The position numbers were made by a program, and so were the translations under genes. DNA of 64,000 bases, taken from Legionellales bacterium (GTDB lineage: Bacteria > Pseudomonadota > Gammaproteobacteria > Legionellales > Legionellaceae). The notes beneath the pieces were generated by a model. The model worked only from the letters and a program-made list of their open reading frames with translations. It did no database searches and had not been told where the DNA came from. The stretch is from positions 28,263 through 92,262 of the forward strand of contig DAIDKT010000075.1 of assembly GCA_027449905.1 (NCBI GenBank). The letters are read 5' to 3'. This document shows positions 28,721 through 38,523 of the stretch, piece by piece (the stretch's first letter is position 1; the number at the start of each line of letters is the position of its first letter).

Positions 28721-30034
28721 TCAACTGCCCTTGATTTCACCAAACAAATCATACTCGTTGCTGTCAGTAATCAGCGCTGTCATGCGCATGCCTACTTTCG
28801 CTGAAGGATGCGGATCTAGATAGACTAAACCATCAATTTCAGGCGCATCCCCCATGCTGCGAGCGATAACGTTTTCATCGTTGATTGCATCGATCAGAAC
28901 CAATTGTTCCGAACCAACCTTGCTAGATAGTTTTTGCTCACTTATTTTAGCTTGAAGTTGCATAAAACGGTGATATCGTTGTTCTTTGATTGCTTCTGAA
29001 ACGGGATCTGCAAGATTATTTGCCTTTGCGCCGGCAACTGGTGAGTACTGAAAACAGCCAACTCGGTCCAGTTGGGCGCGTTCTAAGAAAGCCAATAACT
29101 CTTCAAATTCCGCCTCAGTTTCGCCTGGAAAGCCAACAATAAAGGTCGAGCGTAGGGTGATATCAGGACAGATCTGTCGCCATTGTTGAATGCGCTCCAA
29201 AGTATTTTCGCTACTGGCTGGCCTTTTCATTGCTTTTAAAACACGATGACTGGCATGTTGGAGTGGGATATCTAAATAAGGCAGGATCTGTTTGTCTCGC
29301 ATCAGCGGAATCACCGCATCAACATGTGGATAGGGATAAACATAATGAAGACGGATCCATAGCCCCAACTCGCCTAATTCCTGGCATAAATCATAAAAAC
29401 GAGTTTTAATGGTCTTATCTTGCCATGTCACTGATTGATAGTGCGTATCGATTCCATAGGCGCTTGTGTCTTGAGAAATAACTAAAATTTCTTGCACGCC
29501 AGCTTCTTGAAGACGCTTGGCCTCAGTCAAAACTTGGCTAATCGGATAACTTTGTAATTTACCTCGCATGCTTGGAATAATACAAAAAGTACATTTTTGA
29601 TTACAGCCCTCTGATATTTTGAGGTAGGCATAATGTCGAGGTGTTAGTTTTATTCCCTGAGGAGGAATTAATTGAGTAAAAGGATCCGTTGGCGGCGGTA
29701 AATGTCGATGGACGGCGCGCACCACGTCTTCATAAGCATGTGCACCGCTGATATGCAATACGTCAGGGCACGCTTCGCGGATAATATCGGCTTTAGCACC
29801 CAAACAGCCGGTAACAATGACTCGGCCATTTTCAACCATCGCTTCGCGGATGGTGTCCAAAGATTCTTTGACAGCTGCATCGATAAATCCACAGGTGTTG
29901 ATGATCACAACGCCGGCATTCTGATAACTTGAAACCAGTTCGTAACCTTGAGCCCGTAACTGTGTGATGATACGTTCTGAGTCAACCAAGGCTTTGGGAC
30001 AACCCAAGCTGACAAATCCAACTTTATTGTTCAT
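28721..30034 (-). CDS. rimO: ribosomal protein S12 methylthiotransferase RimO
   Basis: MTTase N-domain ([15 protein letters not shown]), radical-SAM CNQKCTFC and a C-terminal TRAM domain. Confidence 0.9.
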   Translation of the reverse strand: MNNKVGFVSLGCPKALVDSERIITQLRAQGYELVSSYQNAGVVIINTCGFIDAAVKESLDTIREAMVENGRVIVTGCLGAKADIIREACPDVLHISGAHAYEDVVRAVHRHLPPPTDPFTQLIPPQGIKLTPRHYAYLKISEGCNQKCTFCIIPSMRGKLQSYPISQVLTEAKRLQEAGVQEILVISQDTSAYGIDTHYQSVTWQDKTIKTRFYDLCQELGELGLWIRLHYVYPYPHVDAVIPLMRDKQILPYLDIPLQHASHRVLKAMKRPASSENTLERIQQWRQICPDITLRSTFIVGFPGETEAEFEELLAFLERAQLDRVGCFQYSPVAGAKANNLADPVSEAIKEQRYHRFMQLQAKISEQKLSSKVGSEQLVLIDAINDENVIARSMGDAPEIDGLVYLDPHPSAKVGMRMTALITDSNEYDLFGEIKGS

Positions 30035-30101
30035 ATGAATGATGTTATATATCCTTGTTAGCTAAATTTTGCACAAATATGGATTGATGTAACGAGCCAA
30101 G

Positions 30102-30154
30102 TACGTCATTTTTGTCCCACTCAGCATATCTTTCACTGTGTTCAGGATGACGTA
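30102..30154. repeat. family-4 palindromic element, degenerate left arm (TACGTCAT... / GTTCAGGATGACGTA)
   Basis: Right arm matches 48710-48722 and the reverse complement of 12661-12674. Outer 8 bp form a perfect inverted repeat. Confidence 0.5.
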
Positions 30155-30192
30155 GGTTGAAATTAATTTTGCGCATTATATCATATTTGTAC

Positions 30193-30768
30193 TTAAAGCA
30201 AATAAAAGGGTAAAGAGGCGCTGATAAATAAAGAAATCACTTTGATTACAATCAAAACGACAACGGGTGACAGGTCAAGACCTGTTACTTGTGGAATGTA
30301 GCGGCGTGCATGACGCAAGACTGGCTCAGTGATAACAATTAATAATTCATGAATTGGATTTTGCCACAAGGGATTAACCCAACTCATAATGACCCTAAAC
30401 AATATCGCATAAAATAAAAAATTCAGGGGTTGGATGATAAGATCTGCCAGTGGGTATAATATCAACCATTTAATTGAAAACATGTTTTTGAAAAACAGAA
30501 AATTAATCAATAAAAATTTAATAATCTCGATCATCACAAGCACGGCAACACATGGCCAATCATAGCGCTTGGTTCGAATATTTGAAACATGCAGAATACG
30601 CGATACAGGGGAAATCAGGGGCTCGGTGAAGCGATAAATCAGCTGACTAATGGAATGCAACGCGCTCACATGAAAATAACGCAGCGCGATCCTAACCCAC
30701 AAAACAAAAGATAAGGTGCTAAAAACCAAAGAAAATAAAAAAAATCCAGCTGCAATAAGGCCATTCAT
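30193..30768 (-). CDS. yggT: YggT-family integral membrane protein
   Basis: Two YGGT-like hydrophobic repeats. Conserved position downstream of proC. Confidence 0.7.
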   Translation of the reverse strand: MNGLIAAGFFLFSLVFSTLSFVLWVRIALRYFHVSALHSISQLIYRFTEPLISPVSRILHVSNIRTKRYDWPCVAVLVMIEIIKFLLINFLFFKNMFSIKWLILYPLADLIIQPLNFLFYAILFRVIMSWVNPLWQNPIHELLIVITEPVLRHARRYIPQVTGLDLSPVVVLIVIKVISLFISASLPFYLL

Positions 30769-30880
30769 AGAAATTGTCTGGTATTAATTAAGTTGACGGT
30801 AGCATCCCATTTATTAAGGATTTTGTCTAGCACAACGTTGTAAGCAGAGTTCAGTACAATGTGTGTGATTGAAACTGCGG

Positions 30881-31678
30881 TCAACTTGTTTGTTCTGCCC
30901 CCATTTTTTTCGATCTATCATCGGCTGCTGTCATTGCCCTCAAAACCATTCCTTCCAAATCCATTGCTTGAAAAACTTCCAGGGCAGCAGCGGTTGTCCC
31001 ACCAGTTGAGGTAACTGCGTGTTGGAGATCCATCAGACTTTTATTTTCAGTTGCCGCCAAAGTGGCTGCTCCTTTGACTGTTTGGATAGCAAATTCAGTC
31101 GCTGTTGCTTCGGGCAACCCGAGCCTGATAGCTGCTTTCGCCATGGCGTTCATCCATAAAAATAAATAAGCTGGACCACTGCCCGAGAGAGCAGTATAAG
31201 CATCCAGTTCATTTTCTTGTTCTACCCAAGTGATGATACCGCTTGATAGAAAAATTTGTTCCGCCGCATGACGTTGACTGGCTGTGACAAAAGAGTTGGC
31301 CAGTAACGGGGTAGCTGATTGTCCAATTTTTGCAGCCAAGTTTGGGATGGCGCGGATCACTGGCATGCTGTTAGGCAAATGCTGATTGTACCAACTCAAC
31401 CTTAATCCAGCCGCAATGGTGATGATGAGTTGGGCGGGCGATAGATATGGTTGTATTTCAGCTAAAACTGTTTTCATCTGCGCGGGTTTTACCGCTAAAA
31501 TGATCACCTCTGCAAGTGGGACAATCACCGTGTTATCATGATGTGTATGTATGCCATGCTCGGTGGTGGCAATGGATAAAGACGGCGAAGCTGCTTGTAT
31601 TTGACAATCTTTCAGGGTTAATAGACCATGTGACAGATATTTAGACATATTGCCAAAGCCGATGATACTGATCCTCAT
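30881..31678 (-). CDS. proC: pyrroline-5-carboxylate reductase
   Basis: N-terminal Rossmann IGFGNM and C-terminal P5CR signature ([10 protein letters not shown]-like: [12 protein letters not shown]). ATGA overlap with the rph stop. Confidence 0.85.
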   Translation of the reverse strand: MRISIIGFGNMSKYLSHGLLTLKDCQIQAASPSLSIATTEHGIHTHHDNTVIVPLAEVIILAVKPAQMKTVLAEIQPYLSPAQLIITIAAGLRLSWYNQHLPNSMPVIRAIPNLAAKIGQSATPLLANSFVTASQRHAAEQIFLSSGIITWVEQENELDAYTALSGSGPAYLFLWMNAMAKAAIRLGLPEATATEFAIQTVKGAATLAATENKSLMDLQHAVTSTGGTTAAALEVFQAMDLEGMVLRAMTAADDRSKKMGAEQTS

Positions 31679-32388
31679 AAAGTTGAGTCACGTTGAATCT
31701 GAATTAATTGCCCAATGCCTAATTCAGCCAATTCCAACATCGATTGCAGCTGCGTTCGATTAAAACTACCGTCTTCGGCGGTCCCCTGTATTTCTATAAA
31801 TTCATTTTTTTCATTCATGACGACATTCATATCTGTCTCTGCTAAGACATCCTCGGCATAATCCATGTCCAATACAGCTTGACCCCGGTAAATACCAACT
31901 GAAACTGCTGCGAGATAATGAAAGTTTACTTTTTTACGTATCTTTTCGCGGCTAACCATCCAATCCACCGCGTCTTTTAAGGCAATACATGCCCCCGTAA
32001 TTGAGGCTGTGCGAGTGCCACCATCTGCTTGAATCACGTCACAGTCTATGTGTATGGTTGTTTCCCCTAAGGCTTTTAAATCAATACAACCTCGGAGTGC
32101 ACGTCCAATTAAGCGTTGAATTTCCAAGGTTCGCCCACCTTGCTTGCCTTTGCTGGCTTCACGCTCTGTTCGACTATGGGTTGCTCGAGGTAACATGCCA
32201 TATTCCGCTGTGATCCAACCCTGATTTTTTCCTTTCAGAAATCGTGGCACACCATCAATGACGGAAGCATTGCATAAAACACGGGTTTGACCAAACTCAA
32301 CGAGAACAGAGCCTTCTGCGTGTTGGGTGAAGTTGCGTGTGATTTTAATCGGACGTAATTGATCGGCTTCGCGTTTACTTGGTCGCAT
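31675..32388 (-). CDS. rph: ribonuclease PH
   Basis: [14 protein letters not shown]..., [36 protein letters not shown] at 32388 with AGGAG upstream. Confidence 0.9.
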   Translation of the reverse strand: MRPSKREADQLRPIKITRNFTQHAEGSVLVEFGQTRVLCNASVIDGVPRFLKGKNQGWITAEYGMLPRATHSRTEREASKGKQGGRTLEIQRLIGRALRGCIDLKALGETTIHIDCDVIQADGGTRTASITGACIALKDAVDWMVSREKIRKKVNFHYLAAVSVGIYRGQAVLDMDYAEDVLAETDMNVVMNEKNEFIEIQGTAEDGSFNRTQLQSMLELAELGIGQLIQIQRDSTL

Positions 32389-32534
32389 GATATGCTCCTT
32401 TAACAAAAATAGCGGTTAATAATATAACACTAGAAAATGCAGATTGACCGCTTACTCGGCTTCAACGGTTTTTTTGTGGATTATAGCGGTTGTGCTGTAG
32501 AAAAGCTCTCATTTAATATATACTTTGCAACTTT

Positions 32535-32575
32535 ACCTATTCTACCTGAAGATAGTTTCTTCAGGTAGAATAGGT
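32535..32575. repeat. perfect 18-bp-stem hairpin (ACCTATTCTACCTGAAGA-TAGTT-TCTTCAGGTAGAATAGGT) in the rph/gmk divergent spacer
   Basis: Read directly. Ends 26 nt upstream of the gmk ATG. No T-tract follows. Confidence 0.85.
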
Positions 32576-32601
32576 GTACAACATTGATTGGTTAAATACA
32601 G

Positions 32602-33252
32602 ATGGGATCTCAACAAACAAAGGTGTTAGAAAAAGATATTGGATGCTTATTTATTGTTGCTGCACCATCCGGCGGTGGGAAGACCAGTCTAGTGCATCAG
32701 CTGGTCCAGGACGTTGATAAAATTCAGATTTCTATATCACACACCACACGGCAGAAACGACCGGGTGAAGAAGATGGCGTCCATTATTTTTTTGTTGAGG
32801 ATACTGACTTTGAACAGATGATTAAAAATCACGAATTCATTGAATATGCACGGGTTTTTGATCATTTATATGGTACGTCAGTTAAACAAATTAATCAGCG
32901 ATTACAGCAGGGTATTGATATCGTGTTAGATATCGATTGGCAGGGAGCGCAGCAAATAAAGCACTTGTACCCAGATGCGGTGAGTATTTTCGTGCTTCCG
33001 CCATCACTTGAAGTATTGCATGAGCGTCTAAAAAATAGACAGCAAGACACTGATCATGTTATTCTGAACCGGATGCTGCGGGCTCAAGATGAAATGAACC
33101 ATTACCATGAGTTTGATTATTTAATTATTAATGATGACTTTGCGAAGGCAGCATTTGAATTGACGGTAATTGTCAGGGCCGAGCGCTTAAAAATGCTCCG
33201 TCAACAGGTTCGTCAGCGACACTTGCTGACATGTTTGATGACATCATACTAG
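32602..33252 (+). CDS. gmk: guanylate kinase
   Basis: P-loop [26 protein letters not shown]. The start has no good RBS, so the N-terminus is uncertain. Confidence 0.88.
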   Translation: MGSQQTKVLEKDIGCLFIVAAPSGGGKTSLVHQLVQDVDKIQISISHTTRQKRPGEEDGVHYFFVEDTDFEQMIKNHEFIEYARVFDHLYGTSVKQINQRLQQGIDIVLDIDWQGAQQIKHLYPDAVSIFVLPPSLEVLHERLKNRQQDTDHVILNRMLRAQDEMNHYHEFDYLIINDDFAKAAFELTVIVRAERLKMLRQQVRQRHLLTCLMTSY

Positions 33253-33322
33253 GGCGTGTTGATAATTCAGATCTCGACGTCCCGCGACGTCTGGATTCAT
33301 AAGATGAATTGTCAACAGACCC
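33250..33322. repeat. family-2 palindromic element (~71 bp): (TA)GGGCGTGTTGATAATTCAGATCTCGACGTCCCGCGACGTCTGGATTCATAAGATGAATTGTCAACAGACCC
   Basis: Terminal inverted arms (GGGYSTGTTGAYAA / TTGTCAACAGACCC) and a central GACGTC-CCGC-GACGTC hairpin. Near-identical architecture at 54441-54511. Overlaps the gmk TAG. Confidence 0.75.
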
Positions 33323-33431
33323 TAAGCAACATCCGCCGACTTATTTGCGTTTCACCGGGGTCAAGATTTGTGGTAAATAGATACAGGTACTGAATCATTA
33401 CAGCGAACATTTTAATTTTTGGAGATTGATT

Positions 33432-33635
33432 ATGGCTCGGGTTACAGTTGAAGATTGTTTGGAAAATGTGGAAAATAGATTTGAGTTGGTCATGGTGGCA
33501 TCTAAGAGAGCAAGGCAGATTGCTGTTCATGGTGCTGAACCGCATGTGGCATGGGAAAATGATAAACCCACGGTTGTTGCGTTGCGCGAAATCGCGGATG
33601 GGTATATCAAAGCGGATATACTCGCTGAAGACTGA
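33432..33635 (+). CDS. rpoZ: DNA-directed RNA polymerase subunit omega
   Basis: [10 protein letters not shown]...[21 protein letters not shown] upstream of the ATG at 33432. Confidence 0.9.
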   Translation: MARVTVEDCLENVENRFELVMVASKRARQIAVHGAEPHVAWENDKPTVVALREIADGYIKADILAED

Positions 33636-33645
33636 GGTAGACTGA

Positions 33646-35769
33646 GTGAGCTACTTTGATGAACTACAGCAGGCATTAAGCCTTTATTTAGATCTTGAAG
33701 AGGTCGATAAATGTCATCAGGCTTTTTTGTTTGCTGAAACAGCTCATCAAGGACAAATGCGGCGGTCAGGCGAACCTTATATTTCGCATCCGGTTGCCGC
33801 AGCGCTGATTCTTGCCGATATGCGACTAGATTATCAAACCATCATGGCTACTTTGCTGCATGATGTGGTCGAAGACACGCGTGTCAAAAAAGAAGAATTG
33901 ATCAAACTATTTGGTGAAGATGTCACTGCATTGGTTGATGGGGTGACCAAGTTAACCAAGATTAAATTTGAATCACGTGCTGAAGCACAAGCAGAAAATT
34001 TTCGAAAGATGGTGTTGGCGATGGTGAAAGATATCCGGGTCATCATCGTCAAATTAGCCGATCGTTTGCATAATATGAAAACACTGGGGGTCATGCCTTC
34101 AGCAACACGTCAGCGCATCGCCATTGAAACACTCGAAATTTATGCCCCGATCGCCAATCGGCTGGGGATGCATCATGTTTATACTGGTCTGGAAGATCTC
34201 GGTTTTAAAGCATTATATCCCATGCGCTATCGCGCAATTAAATCAGCGATTGAAAAATCACGTGGCAATCGTCGCGAATTGACACAAAAAATTGAGCGTG
34301 ATCTCCAAGAAGCCTTAGAAGACCTAAATATTCCCTATGAACATGTTTTTGGAAGAAAAAAGCACTTGTATAGTATTTATCGCAAAATGCGTCAAAAAAA
34401 AGCCTCTTTTGCTGAGATATCCGATGTCTTTGCTTTTAGAGTGATAACCGAGGACATTGATTCATGTTATCGCGTCATGGGCGCGCTTCATCAGACTTAT
34501 AAACCGGTTCCCCAGCGGTTTAAAGATTATATCGGTATTCCCAAAGTGAATGGTTACCAGTCACTGCATACCATGCTATTTGGTCCCTTTGGGGTTCCAT
34601 TAGAGGTGCAAATTCGCACGCGAGAAATGGATCGCGTTGCCGAAAATGGGGTTGCTGCGCATTGGATTTATAAGTCAGCTGGGTTAGAAGTGAATGAAGC
34701 TCAATTGCGTGCCAGGGAGTGGGTACAACGCTTATTAGAAATGCAGCGCAGTACCGGTAACTCGCTCGAATTTATTGAAAATGTCAAAATAGACTTATTC
34801 CCAGATGAGGTCTATGTCTTTACTCCCAAAGGTCACATCATGGAGCTTCCCAAAGGGGCAACACCGGTTGATTTTGCTTATATCGTGCATTCGGATATTG
34901 GGAATAGTTGTGTTGCAGCCAAAGTGAATCGTCGTTTGGTGCCTTTAAGTATCCCCTTAACCAATGGTCAAACAGTTGAAATCATCACAGCACCCTGTGC
35001 TCATCCCAGCCCAACTTGGTTGAATTTTGTGGTCACTGGCAAAGCTCGTAGTAATATTCGAAATTTTTTGAAAGGGCAACAGCACGTCGAATCGACCAAA
35101 TTGGGGCATCGCTTGCTGGAACAGGCACTGGCCGAATTAGCCAGTGATTATGATAAAGTGCCACCTGAATCGCTCCAAGCGTTGTTACTTGATTTAGATT
35201 ACAAAACTGTGGATGATTTATTGTATGCAATTGGAATTGGCAATGAAATGCCAATGGTGATAGCAAGACGCCTTGTTATCGCCCATGAAAATAGTGAGTT
35301 AGAAAAAACAATGCGAGCAAAACCGCTTGTTATTAAAGGCACTGAAGGAATGGTGGTTCATTTTGCCGATTGTTGTCAGCCGATTCCGGGAGATAAAATT
35401 GTTGGGCGTTTTCAACAAGGTCGCGGCATCTTGGTTCATGCCAGTGATTGTCCGGTGATTAAAAAATCGAGAATTAATCCAGATCAATATATTTCTTTGC
35501 GTTGGGATGAGCATGTCAAAGGTGAGTTCTGGGTCGACATCACGGTTGATGTAGCCAATAAGCGTGGAGTTTTGGCTGCTTTGGCGACAGCCATTGCTGA
35601 AGCCGATTCTAATATTGGCAATATCAATGTCGATCCTCGAGATGGCCGTCATAACGCCGTGACATTCTCTATCAGTGTCACCGATCGCACTCATTTAGCG
35701 CTGGTCATGCGTCGTTTACGTGGCCAGAACGTGGTTATGCGACTTTATAGAAAAAAACAGGGAGAATAA
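33646..35769 (+). CDS. spoT: bifunctional (p)ppGpp synthetase/hydrolase SpoT
   Basis: HD domain (HDVVEDT), RelA/SpoT synthetase domain (GYQSLHT), TGS and ACT regions. gmk-rpoZ-spoT synteny. GTG start. Confidence 0.9.
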   Translation: MSYFDELQQALSLYLDLEEVDKCHQAFLFAETAHQGQMRRSGEPYISHPVAAALILADMRLDYQTIMATLLHDVVEDTRVKKEELIKLFGEDVTALVDGVTKLTKIKFESRAEAQAENFRKMVLAMVKDIRVIIVKLADRLHNMKTLGVMPSATRQRIAIETLEIYAPIANRLGMHHVYTGLEDLGFKALYPMRYRAIKSAIEKSRGNRRELTQKIERDLQEALEDLNIPYEHVFGRKKHLYSIYRKMRQKKASFAEISDVFAFRVITEDIDSCYRVMGALHQTYKPVPQRFKDYIGIPKVNGYQSLHTMLFGPFGVPLEVQIRTREMDRVAENGVAAHWIYKSAGLEVNEAQLRAREWVQRLLEMQRSTGNSLEFIENVKIDLFPDEVYVFTPKGHIMELPKGATPVDFAYIVHSDIGNSCVAAKVNRRLVPLSIPLTNGQTVEIITAPCAHPSPTWLNFVVTGKARSNIRNFLKGQQHVESTKLGHRLLEQALAELASDYDKVPPESLQALLLDLDYKTVDDLLYAIGIGNEMPMVIARRLVIAHENSELEKTMRAKPLVIKGTEGMVVHFADCCQPIPGDKIVGRFQQGRGILVHASDCPVIKKSRINPDQYISLRWDEHVKGEFWVDITVDVANKRGVLAALATAIAEADSNIGNINVDPRDGRHNAVTFSISVTDRTHLALVMRRLRGQNVVMRLYRKKQGE

Positions 35770-36144
35770 ATGCAAGCGATTCATACTAAGCAGGCTCCTG
35801 CAGCGATTGGCACCTATAGTCAGGCAATTCAAGTCGGTAATACTACTTATTTATCTGGTCAAATTCCCCTTGATCCAGAAACCATGGTTTTATGCAGTGA
35901 CGATATCAGTTTGCAAATTACCCAGGTGTTTGAAAATTTGCGGGCAGTGTGTATCGCTGCTGGTGGCGATCTCGCGCATCTAGTTAAACTGACTATTTAT
36001 TTAACGGACTTAAATCACTTTCCAATGGTTAATGAAATCATGGCCAATTATTTTACCAATCCTTATCCAGCTCGAGCCGTGATTCAAGTTGCCGGCTTAC
36101 CACGTGGTGCGCAAGTTGAAATGGATGCGGTGATGGTTGTATGA
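35770..36144 (+). CDS. ridA: RidA/YjgF-family reactive-intermediate deaminase
   Basis: [12 protein letters not shown]..., [21 protein letters not shown]. Directly follows spoT. Confidence 0.85.
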   Translation: MQAIHTKQAPAAIGTYSQAIQVGNTTYLSGQIPLDPETMVLCSDDISLQITQVFENLRAVCIAAGGDLAHLVKLTIYLTDLNHFPMVNEIMANYFTNPYPARAVIQVAGLPRGAQVEMDAVMVV

Positions 36145-38003
36145 GTATGCTTTCTTTACATCAAGTGAGCTTATCTGTAGCCAATCAGTGCATTTTAGAT
36201 CAGGTTACCTGTCAAATTGAATCTCGTGAATGCATTGCTTTAGTGGGTAGAAATGGCGCGGGTAAATCAACCCTTTTGAAACTTCTTCAAGGTTTGATTG
36301 TTCAGGATAAAGGCCAGTTACAATATCGACAGGGCTTACGCATAGCTGGTTTAGCTCAAGATGTGCCGATTGATGAAGCGGAAACCGTTTATCATTTTTT
36401 AGTGAAAAGTTTGGGGACGGTTGGCCAGGTTTTGAGTCGCTATCGAACACTCCTTGCGGGTGATGATTACGAAGCACTGGCTGCCTGTCAACAACAATTA
36501 GATGATCTACAAGCTTGGGCAGTTTTGCCGCAAGTAGAAACCATGGCGACTCGTTTGGGTGTTGATTTAGATGCAACCATGATGCATTTGTCTGGTGGAA
36601 TGAAACGTCGTGTTTTATTAGCGGCTGCATTGATCGCGGCGCCTGATCTGTTGTTATTAGACGAACCGACTAATCACCTAGATATTCATGCAATTGAATG
36701 GTTAGAGTCCTATTTAAAAAATTATTCCGGTAGCATCTTGGTTGTGACCCATGATCGCGCATTTTTAAAAGCCATTGCGACCCGTATTATAGAAATTGAT
36801 CGTGGTCAATTAAACACTTATCGGTGTTCCTATGAAACCTATTTAGACAGATTAGAAGCGAAACGGATGAGCGAACAAAAGCAACAAGCTTTGTTTGATA
36901 AACGACTCAGTGACGAAGAAGCGTGGCTTAGGACTGGAGTTAAAGCAAGACGAACTCGCAACGAAGGACGGGTGCGCGCATTAAAAGCCATGCGTGAAGA
37001 ATTCCGCCAACGGAGATTACAATTAGGAAAAATTTCGCAAATTAAATTGGATGTTGCACGCTCTGGGCAAATGGTGTTTGAAGCACAGCACGTGAATTAT
37101 TCAATTGCTGGTAAACCAGTGATCCAGGATTTTTCTTATTTATTGACCAAAGGTGAAAAAGTTGGCGTGATTGGTCCGAATGGCTGTGGAAAAACAACCT
37201 TGATCCGTATCCTGTTGAATGAGCTGATGCCAGATTCGGGAGAAATTAGGAGAGGCACGTCATTGGATGTTGCTTATTTTGATCAGCTCCGTCGTCAATT
37301 GGACCCTAATAAAACAGTGATGGCTAATGTTGCTGACGGCGCTGATCATGTCATTATTCAAGGAAAACAGAAGCATGTTGCCTCTTACTTGCAAGATTTT
37401 TTATTTGCCCCAGAATGCTTCAATCAACCGGTGTCTTCTTTATCTGGGGGCGAATGTAACCGTTTACTCTTAGCAAAATTGTTCGCTAAACCAGCCAATT
37501 TATTGGTCATGGACGAACCCACCAACGATCTAGACATTGAGTCACTCGAGTTGCTGGAAACCATGCTCGTTGATTATCCAGGAACCTTGATCTTGATAAG
37601 CCATGACAGAGCATTTATAAACCAAGTTGTGACGAGTATTATTATTCATGAAGAAGATGGACGGTTTCATGATTATGTTGGGGGGTATGATGATTATGCA
37701 CAAGAGCAAAAACGGCAACCAATCCGCCAGGCATCAGCCATAAAATCGAAATCACCTCGATTAATCACGCAACTAAATTTTAATGAACAGCGTGAATTGA
37801 CAACCTTACCTCAGCAGATAGAAAAGACAGAGGCCATGATTGCAACTTTACATGCGAATATGGTTGCACCTGATTTTTATCAGCAAGAAGCTGAAAAAAT
37901 TACCCATCATAATCAAGTTTTGGCTGAAAATGAAAAAAAATTAAGCGAATTGTATTGTAGATGGGAAGAATTGGAAGCTAAAAAAGGGGTCGGCACGTGT
38001 TAG
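36141..38003 (+). CDS. uup: ABC-F family ATPase Uup
   Basis: Two ABC cassettes ([18 protein letters not shown]; LSGG signatures), inter-domain linker [20 protein letters not shown] and a C-terminal coiled coil, collinear with E. coli Uup. Confidence 0.85.
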   Translation: MSMLSLHQVSLSVANQCILDQVTCQIESRECIALVGRNGAGKSTLLKLLQGLIVQDKGQLQYRQGLRIAGLAQDVPIDEAETVYHFLVKSLGTVGQVLSRYRTLLAGDDYEALAACQQQLDDLQAWAVLPQVETMATRLGVDLDATMMHLSGGMKRRVLLAAALIAAPDLLLLDEPTNHLDIHAIEWLESYLKNYSGSILVVTHDRAFLKAIATRIIEIDRGQLNTYRCSYETYLDRLEAKRMSEQKQQALFDKRLSDEEAWLRTGVKARRTRNEGRVRALKAMREEFRQRRLQLGKISQIKLDVARSGQMVFEAQHVNYSIAGKPVIQDFSYLLTKGEKVGVIGPNGCGKTTLIRILLNELMPDSGEIRRGTSLDVAYFDQLRRQLDPNKTVMANVADGADHVIIQGKQKHVASYLQDFLFAPECFNQPVSSLSGGECNRLLLAKLFAKPANLLVMDEPTNDLDIESLELLETMLVDYPGTLILISHDRAFINQVVTSIIIHEEDGRFHDYVGGYDDYAQEQKRQPIRQASAIKSKSPRLITQLNFNEQRELTTLPQQIEKTEAMIATLHANMVAPDFYQQEAEKITHHNQVLAENEKKLSELYCRWEELEAKKGVGTC

Positions 38004-38008
38004 AGACC

Positions 38009-38419
38009 ATGGCTATCGTTGTGTTTATTTCATCGATTCTTGTGTTTTTTTCTCAGGAACTCAAATCTGTTTATGTGAAAATGCTAAAGAATCGGGCTTT
38101 GCAGCTGGTTGTTCCTCTGTTTATTTGTTCTTATCTCCTGGTCAAGTTTCAGTGGAATATGATGTTACTTATTCTAAATTGTCGCATCGGCCTCTTTTAT
38201 GCGGTTTATTTTTTTTCAAAATTGAACCCATTCAGCAACAGTACTTTACAACTTGAACGGATTTTTACGCTTATCACCTTGGCTTTTGCACCATTGGTTA
38301 TCGCGTCTTTGATCGAAAAATTTTATAAACCTGCCGCGGGAAAACTGTTTCAGATAGCGTTACGTGTTAGTCTATTTCTATGGATTTTTTCTTTATTTCT
38401 ATTAGAGCCAGTTAGTTAG
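38009..38419 (+). CDS. hypothetical integral membrane protein (~136 aa)
   Basis: Four hydrophobic segments. ATG lies 6 nt after the uup stop (the track start at 37997 is a GTG). No family recognised. Confidence 0.5.
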   Translation: MAIVVFISSILVFFSQELKSVYVKMLKNRALQLVVPLFICSYLLVKFQWNMMLLILNCRIGLFYAVYFFSKLNPFSNSTLQLERIFTLITLAFAPLVIASLIEKFYKPAAGKLFQIALRVSLFLWIFSLFLLEPVS

Positions 38420-38523
38420 AAGAGATCCCCGCATGAAATCCTAAAACTAATCCGAGGAAGGTATACACTGCGGGCGTAGTATAACTTCACGGACGTTGGC
38501 CAAATACCAAGGATGAGGTAGAT

